Assembly (NCBI GenBank): GCA_031372065.1
Contig: JANMKN010000043.1
Coordinates: 1-64,000, forward strand
Origin: Abditibacteriaceae bacterium
Lineage (GTDB): Bacteria > Armatimonadota > Abditibacteriia > Abditibacteriales > Abditibacteriaceae
Direction of reading: 5' to 3'
DNA: 64,000 nt
A model generated the notes under the pieces. It was not told where the DNA came from, searched no databases, and worked only from the letters and a program-made list of their open reading frames with translations. Shown piece after piece: positions 1-8,645 of the stretch. Numbering within the stretch: the stretch's first letter is position 1; each line of letters starts with the position of its first letter. The position numbers were made by a program, and so were the translations under genes.

Positions 1-16
1 TTTAATCTCTTCGGGT

Positions 17-163
17 TCAATTCCCCGCAGCTTGCTGCGACCATGAGTGCGAAGCACTCTTCCCTTGGAGCGCGGAGCGCTCTTGAGAAAGAACTCGTAG
101 GACTTGACAAAAAAGTTAGACTCCTCATTCAAATACCCCGTCGCTCGCGGCGGGGATTCTTTA
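17..163. repeat. Pair of REP-like GC hairpins (TCAA(A)TWCCCCG...CGGGG type), possible non-autonomous element
   Basis: tcaattccccgcagcttgctgcg (17-39) and tcaaataccccgtcgctcgcggcgggg (129-155) are related direct copies, each a stem-loop. Confidence 0.5.
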
Positions 164-177
164 TTTAAAAATTAAAA

Positions 178-687
178 ATGTGGCGTTTGTTAATTGTTTT
201 TTTGCTGGTTTTTATGCTGCAAACGACATGGCTGGCGCAGCCTTTTGGGGCGCTCGGCCATGCGCGCGTGGATTTGCCGCTTGCGTTAGTGGTTTCCGTC
301 GGTCTTTTGTGGGGCGCGCGGGCCGGATTGATTTGCGGTTTAGCGGCGGGATTGGTAGGCGGCATGATTAGTTCGTTCAATCCCGGTTCGTTTGCGATTT
401 CGCGTTTGGTGGTTGGCGGCATCTGTGGCACGTTTGACCAGCGTTTTTCGCGTGATAATCCCGTCGCAGCGCCGCTTTGCATGGCCGGAGGCACACTTTT
501 GGCGCACGCGATTTTCGGCTTGATGTCGCCCGCATCGTTCGCGCTGCCGATTGGGCGTTTTTTAGGCATGATGGCTTTGAATACGGTGCTGGGCACCTTG
601 CTGCATCTGGCATTTTTGTATTTTGGATGGGTTCCGCGTGATGCGCAACAGGATTACATGACACCCAAACAATCGTATTATGTCTAA
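178..687 (+). CDS. mreD: Rod shape-determining protein MreD
   Basis: 169 aa hydrophobic; LQTTW..VDLPLALVVSVGLLWG..GLICGLAAGL pattern typical of MreD. Confidence 0.8.
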   Translation: MWRLLIVFLLVFMLQTTWLAQPFGALGHARVDLPLALVVSVGLLWGARAGLICGLAAGLVGGMISSFNPGSFAISRLVVGGICGTFDQRFSRDNPVAAPLCMAGGTLLAHAIFGLMSPASFALPIGRFLGMMALNTVLGTLLHLAFLYFGWVPRDAQQDYMTPKQSYYV

Positions 688-746
688 AGGCCAACCCGCA
701 GGTCTGAGCAATCTTTTCTTGATTTGAGATTTTTCTGTGTGTGGTT

Positions 747-755
747 TGCTATACT
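747..755 (+). promoter_or_regulatory. Putative extended -10 promoter (TGcTATACT)
   Basis: tgctatact about 100-150 bp upstream of the lipoprotein gene. Confidence 0.35.
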
Positions 756-858
756 GGGCAACGCCGCGCCGAACAAAATCTCAGAAATTTAACAGGCGGG
801 GAACATTTTTTCAGCACTTTAAATCTACTTTTGAAGGCCTGCATCTTTCTGCGGGAGA

Positions 859-1908
859 ATGGCAAGGAGACGTGACTTGATGAGGAACTGGTTAATCAAT
901 ATGAAACACCGACGCTGGGGCGCTTGGAATTGTGCCGTTTATGCACTGCTGGCCGTGGTTGGTTTTGTCACGCTCAATGTGGCTGGTTGTGGCGGTGGTG
1001 GCGGCGGCACAGGTGGCACCGGTGGCGCAGTTAATATCACTGTGACACTGCGAGATCAGTCCGGCAATCGCACCGATGGCACTGGCACCATCACCAATAC
1101 GGCTGGAACTACCACGATTAACTTCACCACCACAGCGGGCGATGCGGTCATTTCCAACATCAAACCGGGCAATTATACCGTGTCGGGCACCGCGAATGGC
1201 ACCTCCTTTTCACAGGATCTCACCATCGGCACTGACGCAGGGCAAAACTTCCAGATTGTGCCGGGAGTTCCCTCAACAGGCACTTTGGTCACCGCGCATA
1301 TGTTCCTGAACCGGGGCGATCCCGTAACCGGACGCTGCAACAATCCCGGCGCCGATGCCGCTTTGACGGCCCGTGTTCTGATTCGCGCTCGCAATCGTAA
1401 CACCGGACTGATTGTGGTGTCGTTCATCCGCGCCTCCGCAGCCAATGGCGATGTCGTAGTGCCTTTGCCCGCAGGCGCTTATACATTAGAAGTGCGTCAG
1501 GCGCCGCCGATTTCTGCCACGCAATCTTCGGCGCCCTTTACTGGCAACAGCGGCATTTTCAACGTGCCCGCCACGACCAGCGTGACAATTTGTGTTAATG
1601 AAGGCACCAGTGCGCCCAATGGCACACCAACGCCAACGCCGTCGCTGACTCCAGTGCCCACCATTACGCCCGGCCCATCGCCTACGCCCGGCCCGTCACC
1701 GACGCCGACACCTGGAGGCCCGGTAGCAACGGCTACACCGACGCCGCGTCCGACGAACACGCCCACGCCCACGCCCGGTGGCCCGCCGCCTGCACCTACG
1801 CCGGTACCCACGCCCATCGGTGGCTTCCCAACACCTATCCCAACGGCCACTCCAACTGGCGGCCCACCGCCGCCACCCTTCAGCCAGTGGAAGAAAAAGA
1901 AGAAGTAA
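859..1908 (+). CDS. Lipoprotein with carboxypeptidase-regulatory/prealbumin-like beta domains and Pro/Thr-rich C-terminal tail
   Basis: Lipobox VAGC followed by poly-Gly; 'ISNIKPGNYTVSG' and 'LPAGAYTLEV' motifs; (TP)n tail ending GGPPPPPFSQWKKKKK; true start may be ATG 880 or 901. Confidence 0.7.
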   Translation: MARRRDLMRNWLINMKHRRWGAWNCAVYALLAVVGFVTLNVAGCGGGGGGTGGTGGAVNITVTLRDQSGNRTDGTGTITNTAGTTTINFTTTAGDAVISNIKPGNYTVSGTANGTSFSQDLTIGTDAGQNFQIVPGVPSTGTLVTAHMFLNRGDPVTGRCNNPGADAALTARVLIRARNRNTGLIVVSFIRASAANGDVVVPLPAGAYTLEVRQAPPISATQSSAPFTGNSGIFNVPATTSVTICVNEGTSAPNGTPTPTPSLTPVPTITPGPSPTPGPSPTPTPGGPVATATPTPRPTNTPTPTPGGPPPAPTPVPTPIGGFPTPIPTATPTGGPPPPPFSQWKKKKK

Positions 1909-1956
1909 AGCCAAAAGAAAAACCGCACGGAATCCCGTGCGGTTTTTCTTTTGGCT
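1909..1956. terminator. Bidirectional intrinsic terminator
   Basis: agccaaaagaaaaaccgcacgg-aatc-ccgtgcggtttttcttttggct between convergent genes. Confidence 0.85.
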
Positions 1957-1963
1957 GCTCCAA

Positions 1964-2605
1964 TTATTTAAACTCGATTTTGCCAAAGCCGAGCATTTCA
2001 AGCTGCTTGCGCAAAGCTTCGTGAGCGCCTTGTGTGGCTTGTTCTTCGATATGGCTTTGCTTGGCGGAGGCGAGAATTTGATTTTCCGCTTCCTGCCGCA
2101 CTCTGGTTTCAAGAGTCGGGTCGGGCTTGGAAAAGACGCCGGTTTGACGCTCGAAAACTTCGCTTTGCTGATTGTCCAAACTCGAACTAAATATCTCGGC
2201 GGCGGGCAGTTTGATTGTCACTTTGTCGCCGTTCACTTTGACATCTTCGGGCTGCATTTTGCCCAAATCTATGCCTGCTATCACAGCGCCGTGACCGATG
2301 AAAACCATTTTGTCGCCCGCTAAAAAGTTCGGCAGAATACCGCTGCTCGTGTCGCCGCGCACGATGGCGTGGCCGACATAGCGCGCGGTTTCCAAACGGG
2401 ACATTTTTTGCAGTTGCTCCAAAACAACCGGCCCCGACAGGGCAACTTTGCTGGAAAAGCCAAACGGGTTCAACAGCGCCTGCCGTCCGCGCTCGAAGGT
2501 GCTGAGAAGTAGCGCCAAGAACAGGATGCCCAGCGCGAAAGTGCCGCCGAAACCCAGCGAAGTTAAAGCGCGTTTGAAGCGCGTTTTCAAAAGGGGAGAA
2601 AGCAT
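1964..2605 (-). CDS. DUF4230 domain membrane-anchored protein
   Basis: N-terminal TM; 'LETARY', 'G.VIAGIDLGKM', 'VTIKLPAAEI' motifs. Confidence 0.8.
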   Translation of the reverse strand: MLSPLLKTRFKRALTSLGFGGTFALGILFLALLLSTFERGRQALLNPFGFSSKVALSGPVVLEQLQKMSRLETARYVGHAIVRGDTSSGILPNFLAGDKMVFIGHGAVIAGIDLGKMQPEDVKVNGDKVTIKLPAAEIFSSSLDNQQSEVFERQTGVFSKPDPTLETRVRQEAENQILASAKQSHIEEQATQGAHEALRKQLEMLGFGKIEFK

Positions 2606-2761
2606 AAGGGGCGCTCAAAGTATTGCCGTGCGCCTTCAATCGCGCCGTGATAAAACAATACCGGCAGGGAATTAGAAGTTTCGTATGCAAAAATCTCACC
2701 GGAAAGCCACTGTGGTTGAGACCGAATGCAGTGAAACTCTGTGGGCTATAAAAAGGACAAC

Positions 2762-3127
2762 ATGGCAAAAGCGAAAAATGTTTTAGGCGAAGAATTGGAA
2801 TCGTGCTGCACGAATCCGATGACGGGGTTTTATCGCAACGGCTGCTGCGATACCGGGCCGGGCGATTATGGCTTGCATCTGGTGTGCGCCATTATGACCG
2901 ATGAGTTTTTGGAATTCTCGCAAGCGGCGGGCAATGATCTCTCCACGCCGATGCCGCAATACGAGTTTCCCGGCCTTAAAGCCGGTGATCGCTGGTGTTT
3001 GTGCGTCAATCGCTGGAAAGAAGCCTTCGACGCCGGTTTCGCGCCGCAAATTGTGCTGGAAGCGACGCACGTTTCGGCACTCGAATGGGTAAATCTGAGC
3101 GATTTAAAAGCGCACGCGGTGAAATAA
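2762..3127 (+). CDS. DUF2237 family protein
   Basis: NVLGEELESCC.NPMTGFYRNGCCDTG...GNDLSTP...FPGLKAGDRWCLC. Confidence 0.9.
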   Translation: MAKAKNVLGEELESCCTNPMTGFYRNGCCDTGPGDYGLHLVCAIMTDEFLEFSQAAGNDLSTPMPQYEFPGLKAGDRWCLCVNRWKEAFDAGFAPQIVLEATHVSALEWVNLSDLKAHAVK

Positions 3128-3154
3128 GAACGCGGAGCCACCGGCTCCGCGTTC
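3128..3154. terminator. Hairpin between convergent genes
   Basis: gaacgcggagcc-acc-ggctccgcgttc perfect 12-bp stem. Confidence 0.7.
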
Positions 3155-3164
3155 CTATTCTGCC

Positions 3165-4169
3165 TTAGCGTTCTTTGGGTTTGGCGGCTTGGCCGGTGCG
3201 CGCCGATTCGTAGATGGCGTCCATCAGTTCGCTTTGGATTACGCCGTTGACCGGGCTGGTTTTAGCGTCGGCGCGACCTAAAATAGCGTCAATAAAGTTG
3301 TCGTTGGGCGTGTTGGCGGTGCCGACAAGTTCCAATTCGTCGGCGGGCACTTCTTTGCTGCCTTTGAAAACTTTAATCCAACTGCCGCTCCAACCATCCA
3401 CGTCCACGCGGCCATTGTCGAAGGTGTAAACCATCCCCGCAGCGCTGGCCGGGCAGTTTCCGGCGATGGTCATCGTTGCTAAGACGCCGTTTTTGAAGCG
3501 CACATTCACGGTGCCGTTAATGTCAACCGGCGCGCCGAGGTTATCTACGAAGGCGAAGACCGATTCGATGGGCTGTTCGACGCTCCACACCAGCGAGTTG
3601 AACATATGCGCGCCCGAATCATACATCTGGCCGCCGCCCGACAAGGCCGGGTCTTGACGCCATGATCCTGTGGTGCCCTTGAGCCAGTTTTGCGTTTGCC
3701 AGCCGGTAATTGTTTCCAGTTTGCCCAGTTCGCCGCTACGAATTATCTCGCGCAGCAGGTTAAAAGCGGGCGTGCAGGGCGTGTTGTAGCCGACCACGAA
3801 GATTTTTCCGGCCTTTTCGACGGCTTTAGCCAGTTCGTGCGCCTGACCGGAATCGGTCACCATCGGTTTTTCCATCAAAATGTGGCAACCGGCTTCCAAG
3901 GCTTGCAAACCGTGTTCGAAGTGCATGGTGTGCGGCGTCACGATGGAAACTGCGTCGGGTTTGATTTCGGCATACATCTTCGCCGGGTCGGTGAACACGG
4001 CGGGCGCCGGTTCATAATCTTTCAAATTGCGCTCGATGAACTTGTTGACTTGTTCTTCGGACACGTCACACAGCGCGACGATTTCGACATCGGGATTGCC
4101 TTTGTAACGATTGGCGTGGGCGCCGGCCATACCGCCGCAGCCCATGATTGCTACACGAACCTTGCTCAT
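3165..4169 (-). CDS. Gfo/Idh/MocA family oxidoreductase
   Basis: MSKVRVAIMGCGGMA Rossmann start, EKPM motif, GGGQMYDSGAH; ORF-track extension to 4775 is repeat-derived. Confidence 0.9.
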   Translation of the reverse strand: MSKVRVAIMGCGGMAGAHANRYKGNPDVEIVALCDVSEEQVNKFIERNLKDYEPAPAVFTDPAKMYAEIKPDAVSIVTPHTMHFEHGLQALEAGCHILMEKPMVTDSGQAHELAKAVEKAGKIFVVGYNTPCTPAFNLLREIIRSGELGKLETITGWQTQNWLKGTTGSWRQDPALSGGGQMYDSGAHMFNSLVWSVEQPIESVFAFVDNLGAPVDINGTVNVRFKNGVLATMTIAGNCPASAAGMVYTFDNGRVDVDGWSGSWIKVFKGSKEVPADELELVGTANTPNDNFIDAILGRADAKTSPVNGVIQSELMDAIYESARTGQAAKPKER

Positions 4170-4394
4170 AAAACCTGTTCCTTTGGGGGAATTTTTTTTG
4201 CGGACGCGCGTAGTTTGTGCGCCTGCGCCATGCAAAACAAGGCTTTTGCGACAAATTTCATAGGCTGGAAAAAGAGAATTTGTCATGCTGAAAGGCATCT
4301 TAATGCCTTGAAGAATCCCTGTAGGCCGTCTGTAACCCCGTTTCTCTCTTGGTTTGCCACATCGATTGCCTACTATCGGGCATTTACCTCTTAG

Positions 4395-4775
4395 GGTCGC
4401 TCGTTTAGTCCTTGTATGAGCTCGTTTGCACCTTGTATACGCTCGTTTATGTCTTGTATGCGCTCGTTTATCCCTTGTAGGTGCTGGTTTATGTCTTGTA
4501 GGTGCTGGTTTATGTCTTGTAGATGCTCGTTTATGTCTTGTAGGTGTGCGTTTACCTGTTGTATGCGCGCGTTTGAAGATAAACATAGACATACAAGGCA
4601 TAAACGTGTCACTACAAGAGGTAAACGAGTGCATACAAGACATAAACGCGCATCTACAAGACATAAACCAGCGTATACAAGGTGTAAACGAACGCATACA
4701 ATGGATAAACGAACGCATACAAGGTGTAAACGTGCACCTACAAGATATAAACGAGCGCATACAAGATAGAAACAC
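4395..4775. repeat. Palindromic array of 21-bp units (8 units, inversion centre, 8-9 inverted units)
   Basis: Left units such as atgcgctcgtttatcccttgt; right units such as acaagatataaacgagcgcat; centre about 4577. Confidence 0.9.
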
Positions 4776-4858
4776 GCCATCAGAGGCTAAGTCACAGGAT
4801 AAAAATGCGGTTTTTTGAGATTAGTAACCTTACGGAGCATGGTTTTGATAAGCGCACT

Positions 4859-5016
4859 GATGGCCCTCACCCCCGGCCCCTCTGCCAATTCGCTGCGCGG
4901 GAGAGGGGAGATTGAGGCAAATGCTTCCTCTCGTCTCAAATTATTCGGAGCCTTTTACTTTAGACACCCCTCTCCCGCGCAGCGAATTGGCAGAGGGGCC
5001 GGGGGTGAGGGCCATC
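4859..5016. mobile_element. MITE/REP-like element with 50-bp perfect inverted repeats (CCCTCACCCCCGGCCCCTCT...GGGAGAGGGG family)
   Basis: 4859-4908 is the exact reverse complement of 4967-5016; 58-bp spacer; abuts the folC stop. Confidence 0.75.
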
Positions 5017-5018
5017 CG

Positions 5019-6311
5019 CTATATTGTGCCGATTTCCGCCATTGCTTCGCTGATGTTGGTGAATGAACCCGCGACGAGAATGGTGTCACCGTCTTTTGCC
5101 AAGTGCAACGCGCGCTGCATGGCGTCTTTGACCGAAATTATCACTTCGACCTGACTGCAAAATGGGCGCGCTAAAGCCGCAATCGCATAGGCGCGCGCGG
5201 CGCGTGGCGATTGCGATTGTGTGGCGATGACAATGCGGGCCAGCGGCGCTAAAAGGCGCGTCATGGCCTCGTAATCTTTGTCGGCCAAAATGCCCAGCAC
5301 CAAAATCGTGCGACCCGCTGCGTCGGGAAATTTCTCTGCAAAGGCGCGGCTCAAAAACTCCGCGCCATCGGGATTGTTGCAGACATCTAAAACCACACGC
5401 GGCTTCTCGCTGATGACTTCCACGCGGCCCGGCACTTGAAAATCAATTTCAACAACTGGCGTGTTTAAGGGTTCATTTTGTTCTTGCGCCAAGGCAAAGC
5501 GCGCTGTTAAGGCGGTTTGCCAGTTTATTTTCTGAAAACTATCGGCGGGTTGCGGCGCGTTTTGCACATAAGCCAAGCCGTTTTGCAACGCAGCGCCATC
5601 GTTGGAGGCATCGGGCGCGAAAATCGGCCAGAATTTCGCGCCGATAGTCACGCAATGCGCCGAGAAAATCTCCAGCACTTCGGGTTTGGTTTCCGCCGTG
5701 ACTAAAACGCGTCCGCGACGGGCAATTTCGACTTTATCGCGGGCAATGGCCTCCACGGTTTTGCCCAAACGGTCACAATGGTCCAATGCAACGTGGGTAA
5801 TCACCGAAACCGTTGGACTGGTGGTGTTTGTCGCGTCCCAACGCCCTCCCAAACCGACTTCGAGAACTGCGGCGTCCACTTTCACGCGCGAAAAATGCCA
5901 AAAAGCCAACGCGGTAATCGTTTCAAATTCGGTGGGCTGCCCCAATTCTTCTGCGACAACATCAAGATGCGCTTTGGCCTCGAAGAAAAGCGCGTCCAAA
6001 TCCTCATCCGAAATCGCATCGGGGAAGTTCTGACCGCTGATCGCTGACCCCTGACTGCTGACCACACGAATGCGCTCGTTCCAGCGATAGAGATGCGGCG
6101 AGGTATAAAGGCCAATGCGCTTGCCGTCCGAGGCCAAAAGGCGCGCCAAAAACTCGCAGGTCGAGCCTTTGCCGTTGGTGCCGCCGACCAAAACGTGCGG
6201 GTATTTTAAATGCGGCTCGTCCATGCGCTGAAGCAGGGCTTCAATGCGCTCAAGTCCCGGCTGAATGCCAAAACGCTGAAGTGAAGAGATGTAGTTTTCA
6301 AAAGCGCCCAT
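5019..6311 (-). CDS. folC: Bifunctional folylpolyglutamate synthase/dihydrofolate synthase
   Basis: VGGTNGKGST, YTSPHL, ERIR, EVGLGGRWDATN, LDH motifs. Confidence 0.93.
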   Translation of the reverse strand: MGAFENYISSLQRFGIQPGLERIEALLQRMDEPHLKYPHVLVGGTNGKGSTCEFLARLLASDGKRIGLYTSPHLYRWNERIRVVSSQGSAISGQNFPDAISDEDLDALFFEAKAHLDVVAEELGQPTEFETITALAFWHFSRVKVDAAVLEVGLGGRWDATNTTSPTVSVITHVALDHCDRLGKTVEAIARDKVEIARRGRVLVTAETKPEVLEIFSAHCVTIGAKFWPIFAPDASNDGAALQNGLAYVQNAPQPADSFQKINWQTALTARFALAQEQNEPLNTPVVEIDFQVPGRVEVISEKPRVVLDVCNNPDGAEFLSRAFAEKFPDAAGRTILVLGILADKDYEAMTRLLAPLARIVIATQSQSPRAARAYAIAALARPFCSQVEVIISVKDAMQRALHLAKDGDTILVAGSFTNISEAMAEIGTI

Positions 6312-6333
6312 CACTACTCATTTTAATCTGTCG

Positions 6334-7431
6334 TTGTCACTTTTTCGAGAGCCGCGCACACTGGCAAGCGTGGAATTATCTTCAATCTTCGCCGAAGCCG
6401 CCGCGCGGCGTGTCTTTCCGGGCGGCACAGTCTTCTGTTCGCGCCGCGACCAAGTGACTTTTGACGAGGCCTTTGGCACGACGGCTTATGACGCCGAATA
6501 CTCGCGGCCCGTCCGACGCGATACCATTTACGATTTGGCTTCTGTTTCCAAATTGTTCACGCTAACGGCGTTTTTGATCGCCAAAAGGGACGCGAACATC
6601 AACGAAAACGACCTCGTCGCGCACTTTTTGCCGGAGTTTGATCGCGCCGACAAGCGCGCCCTCACGCTGCGGCATTTGATGATGCACAATGCCGGTTTTG
6701 AATTTCATTTGCAGCGCTTGCAAGGTCAGCCATGCCAAACGTGGATTCAAAAAATCGCCGAAGCGCCTCTGGAATGCGCGCCGGGCGAAAAAGTCAATTA
6801 CACCTGCACTGCCTATTTTTTGTTGGCGCGTGTCGTTGAAAAACTTTGCGGGCAAAGCGCCGATGAATTCATCGCCAAGAAATTGCTGGCGCCACTAAAA
6901 ATAGATTGCAGTTTCGCGCCGCTGGAAAACCACGCGCTTGACCAAATCGCGCCAACGGAAATCAAAAACGGCACGCCGTGGCAAGGCATTGTTCACGACG
7001 AAGCGGCGCGGCAATGGCAGGCAGAAACCGGCACCTTCTGCGGCAATGCGGGCGTTTTTGGCCCTGCCAAAGCGTTGGCGCGCTTTTGCCAAATGTGGTT
7101 GAACGACGGCGAAGATATTTTGCATCCCAGCGATGTAAAAAATGCTTTTGCCGATGTGCAACTGGAAAACGCCGAAGGTGGCGTCTTTCGTGGTTGGGGC
7201 TGGCAGCAGAACAACAAAACTTACACAGGCGAAAAAGCGCCGCCGGGTTGTTTCGGGCATCAAGGATTCACCGGGCCGACGCTGTTTCTGAATCCGCACA
7301 CCAAAGATGTGGTGATTATCTTAAACAATCGCGTTTATCCCACGCGCAATGGCCCAGCGCGCTTTGTTTATCATCGCCGCGTGGCGGACGCGCATTTTGA
7401 TTACGTCGAAAAAGAACCGCACGATAAATAG
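6334..7431 (+). CDS. Serine hydrolase, beta-lactamase class C-like family
   Basis: YDLASVSKLF (SxxK), G.VHDE.A, GNAGVFG, FGHQGFTG, NRVYP; start may be GTG 6370. Confidence 0.85.
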   Translation: MSLFREPRTLASVELSSIFAEAAARRVFPGGTVFCSRRDQVTFDEAFGTTAYDAEYSRPVRRDTIYDLASVSKLFTLTAFLIAKRDANINENDLVAHFLPEFDRADKRALTLRHLMMHNAGFEFHLQRLQGQPCQTWIQKIAEAPLECAPGEKVNYTCTAYFLLARVVEKLCGQSADEFIAKKLLAPLKIDCSFAPLENHALDQIAPTEIKNGTPWQGIVHDEAARQWQAETGTFCGNAGVFGPAKALARFCQMWLNDGEDILHPSDVKNAFADVQLENAEGGVFRGWGWQQNNKTYTGEKAPPGCFGHQGFTGPTLFLNPHTKDVVIILNNRVYPTRNGPARFVYHRRVADAHFDYVEKEPHDK

Positions 7432-7437
7432 ATTCAT

Positions 7438-8565
7438 TCACTCGGCGCTTTGCACGGGCGCGTTGCGCATGGCTGTTGTGCCGTCGCCCAATTGTCCCGC
7501 GCCGTTGTTGCCCCAAGCCCAAACTGTGCCGTCTTTTTTGAGCGCCAGACAATGCCAGTTGCCGGCGCTAATGGCGCTTACATTGTCTAAATTCGGCACT
7601 TGTTGCGGTTCGTTTTTATCTTCGGCGTTGGCAAGTCCCAATTGGCCCGTGCCGTTGTTGCCCCAAGTCCAAACTATGCCGTCTTTTTTCAAGGCGAGGC
7701 TGTGCCATTTGCCCGCCGCAACTGCAACCGCATCGGTTAAATTTTTGACTTGCACCGGCGCGGCGCGGTCTTCTTGTGTGCCGTCGCCCAACACCTGCGT
7801 GAGATTGGCGCCCCAACTCCAAATGGTGCCGTCGCTTTTCACGGCTAACGAATGACTCCAACCAGCGGCGACTTGCAGCACACCATTCAGGTTTTCGACT
7901 TGTGTGGGCACTGATTTATCTTCCGTTGTGCCGTCGCCCAATTGACCATCCACATTTTTGCCCCACGCCCAAACCGTGCCATCTTTTTTCACGGCGAGGC
8001 TGTGGCGATGGCCGCAAGCGATGGCAACGACATCAGTTAAATTTTGCACTGGCACCGGCTGCATTTTATCTTGCCGTGTGCCGTCGCCGAGTTGTCCGAA
8101 AGTGTTATTGCCCCACGCCCAAACGGTGCCATCTCTTTTTAACGCCAAACAGTGATACCAATTAGTGGCAATGGCTTTGACGCCGGTTAAATTTTTGACT
8201 GGCACCGGCGCGGTGCGGTCTTGTTTGGTGTCGTCTCCGAGTTGTCCGAAGGTATTATTGCCCCATGCCCAAACTGTGCCGTCGCTTTTTAAAGCGAGGC
8301 TTAAATCGCCTCCAGCACAAACCGCGACGATGTCCTTCAGATTAGGCACGGCGGCAGGTTTGGTGCGGCCATTAGGCGTGCCGCTGCCCAACGCGCCGTG
8401 TAAATTCCCCCCCCCACTCAGCACGGTGCCATCGCTTTTCACCCGCAGCGAATGAATTTCTCCGCCATCCAGTAGGCTTTGCGCGAGGCCGGAATTTGTC
8501 ATCAACATCAGAAAAAATGCGGAGCAGAAAACAAATGTTTTGGTGGAGAAGAAGCGCCATTTCAT
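7438..8565 (-). CDS. Secreted RCC1/BLIP-II repeat beta-propeller protein
   Basis: About 7 repeats of HSLALKxDGTVWAWGNN.GQLGDGT; signal peptide. Confidence 0.9.
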   Translation of the reverse strand: MKWRFFSTKTFVFCSAFFLMLMTNSGLAQSLLDGGEIHSLRVKSDGTVLSGGGNLHGALGSGTPNGRTKPAAVPNLKDIVAVCAGGDLSLALKSDGTVWAWGNNTFGQLGDDTKQDRTAPVPVKNLTGVKAIATNWYHCLALKRDGTVWAWGNNTFGQLGDGTRQDKMQPVPVQNLTDVVAIACGHRHSLAVKKDGTVWAWGKNVDGQLGDGTTEDKSVPTQVENLNGVLQVAAGWSHSLAVKSDGTIWSWGANLTQVLGDGTQEDRAAPVQVKNLTDAVAVAAGKWHSLALKKDGIVWTWGNNGTGQLGLANAEDKNEPQQVPNLDNVSAISAGNWHCLALKKDGTVWAWGNNGAGQLGDGTTAMRNAPVQSAE

Positions 8566-8645
8566 ATCAAAGTCAGACAAGAGCGTCATAGATTTCGGTG
8601 CGTTTTACAGGAAACGCGGCGCAGAAATTCGATTCATATTACAGC

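Noticed and set aside
1497..1928. Gly/Val-rich antisense ORF
   Set aside because: Mirror of the Pro/Thr tail of the lipoprotein
4170..4818. N-terminal extension of the oxidoreductase and overlapping 117-130 aa ORFs
   Set aside because: Produced by the stop-poor 21-bp array; the enzyme starts at MSKV (4169)
7438..8420. ~150-bp DNA repeats as a non-coding array or DGR template
   Set aside because: Explained by RCC1 protein repeats; differences do not look adenine-specific
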